DNA from: Cycas panzhihuaensis
Taxonomy: Eukaryota; Plantae; Cycadophyta
DNA: 64,000 nt
Direction of reading: 5' to 3'
Assembly: GCA_023213395.1 (NCBI GenBank)
Contig: CM041465.1
Coordinates: 208,451,741 to 208,515,740 of the forward strand
Both the position numbers and the translations under genes were made by a program. The notes beneath the pieces were generated by a model that had not been told where the DNA came from, ran no database searches, and worked only from the letters and a program-made list of their open reading frames with translations. The first letter of the stretch is position 1; each line of letters opens with the position of its first letter. Positions 39,601 to 53,966 of the stretch are shown here, piece after piece.

Positions 39601-42600
39601 ATCTTCTTGATAAGTTCATTGAATTTGATAAGACCTTTGATACCAACTTTGCCACTACATCGATCCAATTGATCCGCTTTTGAAGTGGAAGAAGATCTTT
39701 GTTTCACCAAAAATCAAGGTCAATACTCTCGTAGAGGTGGTAATTCCTGTGGAAGAGGAAGAGGTAGACAACAAGGACAACGTCCTCTTAGTCAACAGGC
39801 TCCTCAATTCCAACAAAAATAATCTCAAGGCCAAGGCCAAAATAATCAACCTGGACCTAGATCCGATGTCGAGAGACAATCCGGCCCAATACTTGGGTGG
39901 AAATCAAACAACCGTGTGCCAAAGGTGTAATAGAAGCGGACATTATGCCAAAATTGCGTAATCGCCACCAACAAACTACCAAGTTATCAACAGCGCCATG
40001 GTGCACATAATGTTGATAATACTTCATTTGAAGATGCTTTTGGTGGAACGCAATTTGTTCATGCACACCTTCAAAGAATTGGGACCACTTCATCAAATGT
40101 TGTTGATAGATCCACTAAGTATATTGAGGCTCATTGTGGCTTTGCTTATTCACTTTTGCCTTCACCACTTGGAGTTGCAAATAGTGCTACCTCAAATACT
40201 TCATCGTGGATCATGGATACTAGAGCAACACAACACATGACTTGTCATCAGTAGTTCTTTCAGGATTTTGACTTTGAAATTCGTGGTGTTGTACACATGG
40301 CTGACAAATCATCTCAGCCAGTCGAAGGACTTGGAACTGTTTGCCTGAAACTCCCAGGCCTTCCAGTTTTTACACTTATTGATGTTTTATATATTCCTGC
40401 CTAAAGCGTAATCGCTCTCCCTATCCACCCTTGTCTCTCGTGGATTTGATCTGAGTGTAACTGCAAACAATCAAACTCTATGTGTCATTCACCCTCCTTC
40501 AAATGCTGTGGTTATGACCCAATTCTTGATGGTAAACTTTTTCGCCTAACCGGCTCACCATTCTCTCAAGCCCACTATGTTGATGATGAATTTGTTTTAC
40601 CACAACCCCGACTCCCAAAAGTTGTCCCAAGCGACTCTATGGCATGCTCATATGGGCCATATCAAAATTGATCGCTTAAGAGAACTACAAGACACTCTTC
40701 CCGGTTTGCCTAAGTTCCCTCTAAGCCCTTTAAATGTGAAGCATGTATTATTGCTAAATCTCAAAGACAACCCTTTCCTCGTAGTCGTGGAAATCTAGCC
40801 AACCTTTGCGCCTTGTACACTCGGATATATGCGATCCTATGCCCATCCCTTCTATCAAATGTATGGTACTATATTACTTTCATTGATGATTTTACCAAGA
40901 AAGTATGGGTTGCTTTTCTTGCAAAGAAAGATGAAGCTTTTCTATGTTTCAAGCTTTCAAGGCCCGCGTGGAAAATGAATCGATTCAAGATCAAAATACT
41001 CAGATCGACAATGGTGGCGAATACACATCCAATGAGTTTGAATCGCACTACGCCAACATGGAATCAAACATCGACTCATCAAGGTGTACACCCCAAAGAA
41101 ATGGAGTTGCCGAGCGCATGAACAGACCATCATGAATATGGCTCGTCTTTATCTTTGGTATATAAGAATGTCCCTATCTATCTTTGGGCCGAGGATATCT
41201 GGACTGCTGTGCATTGCATCAACATTGTTAGTCCCTCCAAGCTCGAACCTCTCCACATGAAATGTGGTATGGACAAACCCTCTCTCTCTCCCACTTCCAA
41301 TTTTTGGCTCTACTTGTTATGCTCATATTTTGCAGAACATAGAAATAAGCTCCAAGATAGGGCCATCAAAGGCATCTTTGCTCGGACACCCTATGGACAA
41401 AAAGGGATACAAGGTTTTTATACCTTGAGCGCAAAATCATCATCACTAGAGATGTTATCTTCAGAGATCAAGATCAATTACTCAGACTTGACTCCAAGAC
41501 GCCTTCATACCGATTTAATGATGCTACTGAATTTGATGTCCAGATTCCAAAATTTAGGGGAGATGTGAGCAGCTTGCTTAAAATCTTGGAATCTGACAAT
41601 AGAGCCTCAGAGGATACAAGCTGTGACTCCAATCCAATGTGTACACATCCAACACCATCATTTGTGAACATCCAAGTTAACAAAGGCAAAGCCATAGCAG
41701 AAGGATCATCTTCTCCAACATCTGTGGCTGGCCCATCTTCTCCAGCATCGTCAACTTCCTCCGTACCAAATATTTTACATGATCCTTTTCAGGATCAAAA
41801 CAAAGATCAAGAAGTTGTGGAAATGAAAACCTCATTCCCAACTTGAGGTTTTCGTGAAGCCTACCAGCTACACAAGGACATGCGACCAGATGAGGTAGGC
41901 AAAACTGGCACTAGAAGTGCCCATAGAACAAGGATGCATGAATCACTTTCCGTTGAGCTTGAACCAGCAGAACTGCATCTTGCTCTTAATGAAGAGCCCC
42001 TAACGTACCAAGAAGTCAGAAGCTTGCAGCTTGGAGAAATGCCATGAACGAAGAGTATCAATCTCTTATTAAGAACGGTACATGGGAGCTTGTTGATCTA
42101 CCACTTGGAGAAAGGTAGTTCAAAATAAATGGGTGTTCAAAAACAAGTATAGATCAGATGGCACCCTAGAAAAACACAAGGCGAGGTTGGTAGCAAAAGG
42201 ATTCACGCAAAAGGAAGGTATTGACTACACTGAAATCTTTGCTCCTACAACCAAGTGGCCTACAATCAAAACTCTTATAGCCTTGGCTGCTCAACAGGGT
42301 TGGAAAATCCACCAACTTGATGTTAAGACCGCATTTCAATGGGGACCTTAAAGAAGAAATTTACATGGCTCACCCGTAGGATACGAGATTGACGGGCCAG
42401 AGCATAAAGTTTGTAGGCTCAAAAAGTCCTCAGACGGCCTAAAGCAAGCCCCTCGTGCTTGGTTTACCAAGTTGTCTGAAAGAATGAGGCAACTTGGATA
42501 TGAGGTTTGTGACTATCAAGATATTGATGCAACATTATTCATCAAGCGCCAAAATGATAAAGTCACTTACCTCTTAATCTTTGTGGATGACATGCTCATA

Positions 42601-44227
42601 ACGGAATAGTGAGCATGTAATCACTAGTCAAGAAGGACCTTGCTAAAACTTTTGAATTGTTCTCGACCTCGGGTTGATGAAATATTACTTGGGAATTGAA
42701 GTAACTCAAAAGGATGGCAAAATCTTTCTCTCCCAAGAAAAATATATCAACGATCTTGACAAAGTTTCAGCTTGGAAGGTGCTCGACTGGATACACCTAT
42801 GGAGCCTAATATTAAGCTCTCGATTGATGGTGATAATAGGGAGGCAGACGCAACACTCTACAGCAACTTGTAGGTAGTCTCATCTATACTACCAACATAA
42901 GGTCAGATATTGCACACTCTTCAAGATTCTTACAAGATTCATGACAAATCCTAAGCGTAATCATTGGCAAGTCAATACGAGTGTTGAGGTACCTAAAGAC
43001 GACTAGCAAATATAGTCATTGTATGAACCCAATGCGTAATTTAAACTTTATGCATACGCACTCGACTTTGCCGAGATAAAGACACAGAAGATCTACGTGC
43101 AGGCACGTAACATTTCTTGGAACAAAGACTAATATCATGGAGATCCGTAGACAGAAGATAGTTGCGTACTTAATCAAGCCGAGTACATTCACGCTCGAGA
43201 CAAGCAAGGAGGTGATATGGCTTAGAAAATTGTTGAATACATTAAATGCCACCCAAACAAGTTCTACTAGCTTACATGTAGATAATCAATCTACAATCCA
43301 TATGGCTAAAAATCTTGTATTTCATGATCGTACCAAATATATAAGTACAAAAGTCCACAGGATTAGAGAACTAGTTCATGATGGCACAATTCAATTGGAG
43401 TACTGCCCCATAGCAGATCAAGTGGTCGATATCTTCACCAAACCACTAAAGAGGGTGAAGTTTGAACAGCCTCAAAGCAATGCCTTAGGGCCTCCATCTC
43501 GATCGATTGAAGGAGATGACAATAGGACCATCATACTGCCTCCTTCATGAAAACCCCTTGTGGGCGGAAGGACAAGAGTAAGTCTCGCCTATCCCATTCG
43601 TGAAAACCCCATGTGGGCGCGAAGGATAAGGGTTGTATCATTTTGGAAAATCTAACTGTGAAAACCCGAAAGGGCATGGGGATGACCAAATGGTATATGG
43701 AGACTCGATGAGATTTCAAATTTACAAAATTTATTATCTTGATTAGCTATCCGCTACATTTAAAGAGTCGCTGAGCCAAAGTTAGTAGATTAGAAAATTT
43801 GTGGGTTTTCTTCCCATGAGGGTTTCCCACAAAAGTATCATACTAGTTTGCTTTGTAAGAGGCTCAAATGAAGACCTCATAGGATAGAATAAAATAGAAT
43901 GAAATGACCTTCTACCATTAAGGGGGAGATTGAAAAGGGTTAATGACATAAGGTCATTACATTAGTTGATTATTTCGAAAAAGGGTCTTAAGTGAACTTT
44001 AAATTAGATCACTTAAGTGAAATGCACTTTCATGTGCATTATGTGTAATTTCATTTCACCTAACTCAAATGCTCACTCTCTCAATATAAAAGTAAAGCTC
44101 AATGGAGGAGATTCATTCTTACCTCCCCATTTTGTGAGAGCTACTTTCTTTCTCTCAAGTCTCTCTTGCTCCCATGTTTGCCTTTGTGTTTAGTACATGG
44201 AGATGAAGGATAGATCCACTCTTTTCA
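36691..44227 (+). mobile_element. Young Ty1/copia with near-identical 297-bp LTRs and long leader
   Basis: LTRs 36691-36987 and 43931-44227 (2 transitions seen). Perfect TSD GCTGT at 36686-36690 and 44228-44232; PBS tggtatcagagc 36990-37001; PPT 43919-43930. gag from 39018, knuckle CQRCNRSGH, INT YYITFIDDF and QRNGVAERMNR, RT KHKARLVAKGFTQ and HQLDVKTAF, RNaseH DIFTKPL. Confidence 0.98.
39018..43520 (+). pseudogene. gag-pol of the young copia, heavily frameshifted as assembled
   Basis: Consecutive ORF fragments switch frame every 100-300 bp while the motifs remain recognisable. Confidence 0.9.
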
Positions 44228-47200
44228 GCTGTGGTTAGTAGTTAGTGCCATAAAGCTACCTACCCTGAATTTCTATAGTTTATTGGTAGGCCTATAAGAC
44301 CAAGCACACATTGTCTTGTAGTTAATAGGATACTCTACTATACATACTTCACTTCTTAATTTAGATCGCAAGTCACCTCATATTTTGAAAAAAAAAAAAA
44401 AAATTCCACTTACTACCTAAACTTAGAACCTGTCAACACAGTCAGACTCACCACAAGAAAAAAGTAAAAAAAAAAAAAAACTCCATTTAGTCACTCTTCA
44501 TGGTACAAGTTCATATCAAAAAATTACCTTTATGACTTATATACCTCATTTCAATTAGCACACCATATTGATCATTTTTCACTAAGGTAGTGCATACAAG
44601 TAATTTTTACGCTTTTCAGTACCTAGGTTACTAGTGGGACCCACTACCTCTAATCCACCCCTACACCTCATATACCCCATATGAACAAGCTTTCTGCACT
44701 TGTCCAAGTGAACCAGATATCTTGCTTATGTAAAATTTAGGGTCAATAGGCTATAAACACCCCACATCTCCTTATTTGCCCCCTTCTCTTCCTTGTAACA
44801 ACTCCCTCATTCTTATGTCCTGTCCTTTCCTGATCTTTCCTACTTCATTTATTCCCCCTTCTTTCTACCTATTCCCACCTCTTTATGCCCTTTCTCCATG
44901 GCTCCTCCAAGCAACAGTAATAAAATCTCTGTATTTGAGACCCAAGTCACTAATATTTAGGAAAAATTCAGGCAAGATCTAGACCACACACATGGGGAGG
45001 TTAAAAGTGAAGTAGTTGCTATACAGATAGAAGTAAGCACAAATATATCAACCCTTGTGTCTCAGTCTGATATACAACAAATACTATAGAAGATAAATAA
45101 TATTTCCATTTAACTACTAACAACCTCCTCTTTAGTTGGCCCCACATTATAGAAAACCTTGACTCTGCCTCCATGTCAGCAACAACCATTTCATTATAAG
45201 ATCAACATACCTATATTTGATCTAGATCTCAATAAGGATAGCACACAAAGTTAGATTAGTAAACTAGAGTCCTACTTTACACTAAACCCAATGTCAGTAA
45301 ATGAACAACTTACATTTGCTTCCATCCACTTAAATGGGAAGGCACACCATTAGTTCTGATAGTAGAAGCAGGAGTATTCTTTTAATCAGTCTTGGGCACA
45401 CTTCTCTACCTATTTTTTCGAGTAGTATGAAGACACTTAGATCCAATCCTTTTTCACATAACTAACACAGTTAAAATAAATATCCTCTGTCAAAGTATAT
45501 ACTGATGAGTTCCAATCTCTAAGTAATCAAGTTGATCAATAACTTGATAAACAAATATACATAGATATGTATGTGTTTAGGCTCAAAGAGTGCATTAAAA
45601 TGTATTTGAAGAGGGTATCCCTAGCCACTCTAAAAGATGCAATCAATATGGCTAAAGTAATAGAAGTAGAATTTTCCTTAGAAAGGCCTCCTCCATTCAA
45701 ACAAGACTCCACTAAGTTTCCATGATCCTGATAAGCTAATTATCAAGAAGATATTGTCTGGTCCTAAAGGCCATATCCAACTGAATACTAATGATCGTGC
45801 CCATGACCAAAAGACATGGCATCTACATCTCTCAAGCAACACATTAAGGAACCATCCTCAAAGTCCATTCATATCACTCCAATAGAGGCACAACATCATT
45901 GGGAAGTTGGTCTATATATGCAATATTCTAAAAATAGACTGTTGGTCATGGCAGAATCTGTAAAGCTAGGAAGATAGTCTTTATAATTAACCCTGACTTA
46001 TCTTTAGAGGATGACCTTGAGACCGAGCATGACTATGATGATGAACCTAAGACCACTCTATTGATGTTGCATCCTAATCTCAAACCTAAAGTTTCCTTAT
46101 CAGTCATTACCTCCACCTCATGTCTTAAACCACTCTAAGTCAAAGGAATACTTCAAAAGATCCCAATCACTAATTTTATTAACGGTGGTGTATCACTAAA
46201 TTTCATCGATATATCTATTGCTTGATAATTGAATCTTTATATAAAACCTAAGGCATGCTTCACCTACTCTTTACCTAGTCATCACACCCTTCATTGGATA
46301 AGAATAATAAAAAACCTCACGGTTTACATTAGCTCATATACCCTTATCTTTGATTTTTATGCCTTATCCATAGGTGGGTTAGATGTAATTCTTGATGTAT
46401 AGTGGCTTTAGACTCTATGAATTTATAGCACTAATAACTCACCCACAACCCCATTCATTATGTTGAAAGATCACATAGGCTGCTCACATAAACTTTATGG
46501 GATGCAAGCCTCCCCTAACAAAGTAATCTCACCCACTCTAATACGCCAACAACTCAACTATAATATAGGATACATCATTCATCTCAACCATATACATCCC
46601 TCTTCTGGCATTCACCATGATATCCAACAAGTATTGGATCAATACTAATATGAATTTACTTTGTTACCTGCCAGCCCCTTGCCCGATCGAGGTTGTTATC
46701 ATACTATTTAGTTACAAAACTCACATGACCTGATTGGTCTTCGACCATATAAGAACTCTTATTTCCAAAAAAATGAAATCGAAAAAATCATGAGGGAATT
46801 ACTGAACATGGGCATCATCCAACTGAGTAAAAGCCCATATGCAGCACCCATCGTTCTAGTTTGTAAAAAGGATGGCTCTTTCTGACTTTGTATTGACTAT
46901 CACATGCTCAACAAAATCACCATAAAAAATAAGTTCCCCATGCCACCGATTGATGACATATTAGATGAGATCCATAATGCCGCAATTTTTACCAAACATA
47001 ATTTACAGTCAGGATATTACCAAATCCCTATCTTACTGAAGGATCGACATAAAATAGCTTTCTAAACCTACTATAGCCACTTTGAGTTCCAAGTCATGCC
47101 CTTTGGCCTATGTAATGCTCTAGCTACCTTTCAGGTCCTCATGAACAAGATCTTTTTCCCATACCTGTGAAAATTTGTCATTACATTCTTCGATGATATT

Positions 47201-50200
47201 CTTATCTATAGCTTAAACATGCTTGCTCACATCTTGCATCTAGAAATAGTCCTTCAAATCTTAGTTGAGAATAAATTATATGTTAAACTATTTAAATGTG
47301 AGTTTGGGAAATTTAAATTATAATACCTTGGTCATATTATATCCTTTATAGAGGTTCTAATAGATCCTGATAATATTTTTGTCATCACCAATTGGCCAAC
47401 CCCAAAAACCCTTACCCAATTGCAGCCTTTCTTAAGGCTTACCAAATTTTATCGTCAATTCATTTGAAATTATACCACACTAACCATCCCTTTAACCTAC
47501 TTACTTAGGAAGGATTCCTTTCAATGGTCCCCCTCAGCTAATGAGGGCTTTCTCCATCTAAGGGAGGTCATGACAACCACCCTCGTTTTGGCCTTACCTA
47601 ACTTTATTTAGCCATTCTAATTAGAATGTGATACCTCTAGGTTTGGACTAGGTGTAGTCTTAATGCAGGCCTTCCACCCCATCACTTTTGAAAGTCAAAA
47701 ACTCAAAGATCATGAGTATAGACTATCTACCTATCAAAAAGAAATGTGGGCTATCCTTCACACTATCGACAAATGGCAATAGTATCTACTTGGTTCTAAA
47801 TTTACTATCCTCACTGATCATCATAGCCTTCACCACTTATTAGATCAACCAGTCCTCTCGGAAGAGCAAGCTAAATGGTTCAACCACCTTCAAGTTTTTC
47901 ACTTTACAATCACATATAAAAAGGGGAAAGATAACATTGTTGCAGATGCCCTTTTGAGGCTACCTTCCCCTACACTTGACGATAACACCCGTCACATTAA
48001 TGACCCTACCATTCATGTCATTTCTTCCCTATAACTGACGTGGATATAAGACTTAGCCATGGCTAACCAATCCCAACTAGATTTTGGACACTGGGCTGAT
48101 AAGGTCTATACTCATAAGGATTGGTCCATCTATAACAATCTTCTCTAATACCAAAATTGCATATTCGTACACCCTAACTTAGCTTCTATTCCTTGAATTT
48201 TATCAAAATATCATTCTTCCTCTCTTAGTGATCATTTCGATTTTGATAAAATTTATCATAAGATACGATTCAACTTCTTTTGACCAGAAATAAAATCCAC
48301 CATCCTTACCTTTATCTCTGAATGTGACACATGCCAACGTAACAAAGTTTATATGAAACTACAACCAGGCCTCCTTCAATCATTACACATCCCACAAGGT
48401 AAATGGCAAGATATTACCATGGACTCTATAATGGGCTTACCGTTGTCTATTAGATTTGACTCTATTTTAGTAGTCGTAGATAGGTTGACAAAATACGCCT
48501 ACTTCTTACTTATCTATACAACCTATAAAGCTCCATGTATCGTTGACATTTACCTCTAGATAATATTTCACTTGCATAATTTTCTAGCCACTATCGTATG
48601 TGACCAAGATCATAAATTCACTAGCTCCTTCTTACAGAAGTTATTTTGTGCATTGGGAACATCATTTAATATGAGCTCGGCATACCATCCATAGACCAAT
48701 GGCCAATCAGAGGTCCTTAATAGAACTTTGGAGACCTACTTAAATTACTTTACATCTGGCCACCACTCTAAATGGACATCATAGCTAGCCCTAACTGAGT
48801 TTTGGTACAACTCTTCACATCATTCAATAATTAGAATGTCCTTATTTTTAGCTCTCGACGGGTATCCCCCGCCATCCCACCATGCCTTGGCTACCAAACT
48901 CCACACGCTAGCAGTACAACAAAAATTATAACATGTGAACCAAATCCTCTACACCCTTAAATAAAACCTATCCATGGCCTAAAATTGAATGAAATAATTA
49001 GCAAACCACCACCATTCTGATTGCTTCTTCAATACTGCTGATCTTGTATTTCTTTGTTTGTAAACTTATAAGCAACAATCCCTCCGTCATCATAAGAATT
49101 ACAAACTTAACCCTTGATATTGTGGCCCCTATAAAGTCCTTAAACGTATTGGTAAAGTTGCATATGCTCTCGACCTTCCCCCCGCCACCAATATCTATAA
49201 TGTTTTTCATGTTTCCTATCTCTGAAAGTGTCTAAGAAAAACCCATGTGCCCCAAATAATCCTACCAATTTTGGATGAAGAGCAAACCTTGACTGTACCT
49301 CCAAAATGTATACTAGCTAGTAAACAATATCATCTCCAGAATCGGTTAATTTTAAAATATTTAATATAGTGGGTAGGCTATAACTCTAACCAAGCAACTT
49401 GGAAATCTGATGATTTTATCAATAAGCACCCACATCTCAAATGCCTCGAAGACTCAACATCTCAGGGGATGGGACATGCTACATAACTCATTTGGCTAAG
49501 TTATATAAAGCACTATTACGTGGAGAGCTACTAGGAGGTTAAGAGATAAGGTTAGTTATGGAACTTGGTACATTAGCTAATAAGCTAACCAATGGTATGC
49601 AAGACTGCTATGTTATCTAATAGAATATAAGGCCGATTAGACCACTAATAGGATTGCATACAAAAGTCCCTCTTTTGTCTATATAAGAGTTGTAGATTAT
49701 AAAATATGGTTAGCTTGATATTACTTTTATAAAGATTGTGTTATGGTACTCTTTATTTTTTGTGATCAATTGGCGCTCATATGTTCTTGTAAGATTTTTT
49801 GATAATTTTCTTGCCTTATTAGTCAGAATAAAATGGTTGTAATTGTTATTATTTTATTATCTTAAGGAGCACCTGTGAGAGGATATGTCTCAAAAGAATT
49901 GACATGACACTTGATACTTTGACTCATTAGAAGTCTAGTAGAAGCTGAGGGAAGGAAAATGTATTACTAGGGTGGAGGAATCTATGCATGTACTAACGTA
50001 ATATCAATGAGCATAGTTGAGTTATGTGTGACTAAGGCAAGTTGTAAAGCATCATTTAAATAAGCTATAAGAATTATCACATAGGATGATCAAGCCCATT
50101 GTTAATAGATAGTGGCAGTTTCCTTATTTTTTATCACTAATGTAGGACCACATTTAATCCTTATGGCCATCATTGGATTTACTTCATGTATAATTTAGTT

Positions 50201-53199
50201 ATATAGGAGGATTTCCTAAAATGTAATGGTTAATATTTGTTATACTATGAATGATATAATGGAATATATTTAGGTCATCTATCTTGAATACACCTTTTAT
50301 TAATTGATGCACTACAATTGTTGGTCATTATACCAATTGTTTTGATGCACTTGCATACTTCGTTTCTTATAATGTTGATTAGAATACTAATGGGACTTTA
50401 ACCATCATTTGATTATATCTCATCTCTAGCAAAATTAATAATTCAATAGCCTTGTTAATCAAATCCATTGTGGCAATGGTTAATAAAGTATGTCATGGTA
50501 GATTTCTATTCACTTATACTCTTTCCATTGATAGTTGTGAGTCTGTTCTAGCAGCATAAGAGACTTGCAAAGATAATTAAGCCTCTCCTTTATCATCCTA
50601 CTATGCCCAAAGTTGATTGTAATACTACTAGGAGTAGTAGAATTTGAGTATGCTTTAGCATGTATTTACACTTTTTAATAAATATTCCCTAAGTGTTTCA
50701 TAAAGCATCTCAAAGAGATGTATACAAAATGATTGATAAAATATCTCAATAAGCTTATATAACATATACCTAATGTAAAGCTTAGACCAAATATAGACTT
50801 TAATATATATCAAAACTACTATAAGTAGCACTTTTAGTATGTGTTATAGCTACTACAAGTAACCTCCATATGTTTTACATATTAAGAATTTTAGTTAAGG
50901 GTTAGAGGCATGAATCAATGCCTAAGAGGATTGTAGCAAGAATCTTAAATTTCATTGTTTGTTATAGATGGGATGGTGGCTTGTGAAGTGACAAAGTTGT
51001 AGTTTTTTGGGCTATGAAATGTAGTCAAAGAGTTATTGGCCAATAAGATTAGGAGAACATTAGTTGTCATGGTACCTATAACGATTTTACGCAATTCCAT
51101 ATGCTAGTGTGTATTTATTAGGGTCTCAACAATGCTTTTATTAGTAAATGTTAAATGATGTGAGCTTGATGATATACTTTATTATAATTATAGGTAGTTC
51201 AGTTGGATGTAGAATTATAGTGTGAACATGTTTATTATATTTGAGGTATGCCAAATTGTAATGTACAATGAATGCTTATAAATATTGGATGTAATGTCTA
51301 ACTTATTGTAAAACCAATAAAGATGAAAAAAGGATAGCAAACATACCCATAAACAATAGAATATCCTAAATTTCTTTGAATTTTAATAATTTGTTTAGCA
51401 TGCACACTAACTATTGGATATAATGTTTGAATGAGAAATTTTCTAAAGCGAATATAAAGACTTTACTTTTCATTCTATATGTTACATAATAACTATGTAA
51501 AAAGAATTCTATAATGTTTGATAAATGGTATACACTGATTTTGGGAGGGAAATTCCCTAGTTACTATGTAACTTAAATGTAGATGGGATAAACTATACTT
51601 ATTAAGTATTTAATAGAAAGTATAAAAGTCCCATTAAGAGGGTTGAAGTTGCATGTTTAAATGCTAAGTACCCTATATGATGACCTTATGGTCAATTGAT
51701 ATATGTTTAGTGCCTTTTATTGAGCACTAAGAATTTGTTTACTAGTAGTGATTATAGTATACATTAATTATATGATGGCCTTATAGTCTTTGAGGTTTCG
51801 ATAATGGTGATTATTTCATAGTATCTATCTTATTCTTTTTATGTTAGCTAAAGTGGCTTGTAATGTTGGATCATAGAGTTGGAAAAAGTGAGAAAATGCT
51901 TATAAGTAAGGTAAAGATATGAATTTGCTAAAAGTTTTATGTTAAATATAAAGTTTAGTTATAAAATAGTTGTAATAATATCAAATATAATTCAAGGCTA
52001 CCACAAGTAATAAACCTCATAGTTGGAATACTTCTTATAAGGTGGTGAGTATAGTGATTGGTTATCTATACATCTTAATGGTAGTCAAAAATTATAAAGA
52101 TGTTATCTTCATGGTTTCTTCATTTAGTTAGGACTCATGTAAAGATGTTGATTAATCTTTAGTGTACGATGTAAAGGAGTTTAGCTAGGGAAAATCTTTG
52201 AGAATGATATATGATAGAGTTTAATTGTTATATCTACCTTTATTGAAGAATTAAAACAATACCTTAAAGGTGGGTTTAAGGCAAAGATAATTTATCAAGT
52301 AGGTGTTTTTTCATCTCAATTTAAGATGAATTTTCTTTTTAATTACCAATGGCATGTAATGGCACACAAATGACATGTAGATTCATGTGCCTAGATATTT
52401 TTTTGGCATATTAATGTATGGTGCTTGTTGTAATACCTAGATCCACTTTTTGTTATATGTGTGATGCTATCTTTAGCATTCTTAGTGCTATGATGTAAAC
52501 TTAATTAATTTGTCTCAAAAGCTTCTTTCTTTTATTATTTATTATTTGGGTGCCCTGGTAACCTCTAAGAGCATATGAGCCCTATGCTTGTAGCTTATTG
52601 ATATTAGTAGATTGTGGTTTGAATTGGGTTGTGGTAGCTATGATCCTACCTAAGATTCAATATTTTTCCTTTATGGTAAACCCAAGATGTGGGTTTATTT
52701 GTGGTTTATTATTTTAAATTATGGTTATGTAGAGAACCTATTTTATTAGATTTTATGTTTAGTTTGTTGTAGTTGAGCTTGTGGCCTATAGAGAAAAAAA
52801 CTCTATGCATGCAGCCTATTTAGAGGGTGAATCGTAAACTTTATAATTGTTTGTCATGGTGTTTGTACATTGTCATCCATAGACAAATGGTATAGATGTG
52901 GAAGGGTTGTTAAGTTGTCGAGATAAAGATTGAACATATATTGATGAATTATATACGTAAAGGACTTCCTAATAGACTAATGTATATAAAGGTCGGTTAC
53001 CCATGTATCCCAGTGGATGATTATCCCTTAACATTAACATTAACAAACATATATTTAACAGAGGAAAGAATTACAAATAGAAGCACACTTATAGCAACCT
53101 AATTAACAATAAATAAATTGCATCAATAAGGTTGAGGAAATTTTTTTAGCAAGTGACTAGAGTGATTCAAATCATTTAATCTGTAGCAGTCAACAACAA

Positions 53200-53700
53200 A
53201 GATGAGTGATAATAATTGTATAATAAAGTGACAAAAGTTGATGTACTATTCGACCAGAGATCTAATGTTCTCACAAAAGGAAGGGGAAAAGTTTAAGAAG
53301 TTCATAATGCTTCTTGATGCTTAAGTTTATGAAGTAAACATTAAGGGGGATTACTAGAATTATTAATGTTTTCTTTGGGTATTTAATGTACATTTAGTGT
53401 ATAGGGTGACTTAATGCATTAGTCTTAGTGAGGGTCATGGGATGGAGGAGTTTCTATTTTTTTCCAAGTTTGTAACTCTTCAATGAGGTATTTTCTACAT
53501 GTATGAGCGCATTCATATATGTGTAACTTTTCTCACATGGTGTAACTCCTATATAAGGCATCACTCATGGGATATATAACTTTTCATATACCTAAGTGGT
53601 TCATATTCCTAGGTGTGTCACATGCACATATATAAATATATAATAACTTAAGTATAATAAAATGGGCATGTGATCTCTATTATCTTAAAATTCTAAATAA
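53200..53700 (+). mobile_element. Copia remnant: RNase H tail, PPT (53341-53350) and LTR (53352-53700)
   Basis: PPT ttaaggggga; the LTR matches the 34672-35545 family. Confidence 0.7.
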
Positions 53701-53711
53701 TTAATGGTGTA

Positions 53712-53966
53712 ACCTTTTGCCTAGGCAATAGAGATGGAAATCCAATTATAGTTTTATGAAGACCAGGTATTAGGCATTGTGGCATAACCAATGTGGAATT
53801 CCAAGGATAATGAAGGCTCTAGGCATCACATTTCTCTACTCCAACCCGGTGATGCTACATTTATTATAATTAATGATAGTCATTATGCTCTTATAGAATC
53901 TCATCTATAGTAGTTAGTAAAAGAAGCTACCATAGAAATGTAAGGCTTGCTTGAGAAGTGGTAATG
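53712..53966 (+). pseudogene. Decayed ORF of unknown family, copy B
   Basis: Reads PFA(Q)AIEMEIQL(Q)FYEDQVLGIVA(Q)PMWNSKDNEGSRHHISLLQPGDATFIIINDSHYALIESH...LLEKW*; homologous to 34400-34655. Confidence 0.45.

Larger units (their letters stand above)
35656..49892 (+). mobile_element. Full-length decayed chromoviral Ty3/gypsy carrying a nested copia in its leader
   Basis: 416-bp LTRs 35656-36071 and 49477-49892. PBS tggtatca 36074; PPT 49464-49476; TSD aaata/aaaga (4 of 5). gag ~45150-45900, PR ~46170, [16 protein letters not shown] and FFDDILIYS ~47080-47215, RNaseH ~47620-47960, INT ~48200-49230, chromodomain ~49290-49430. Confidence 0.95.
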
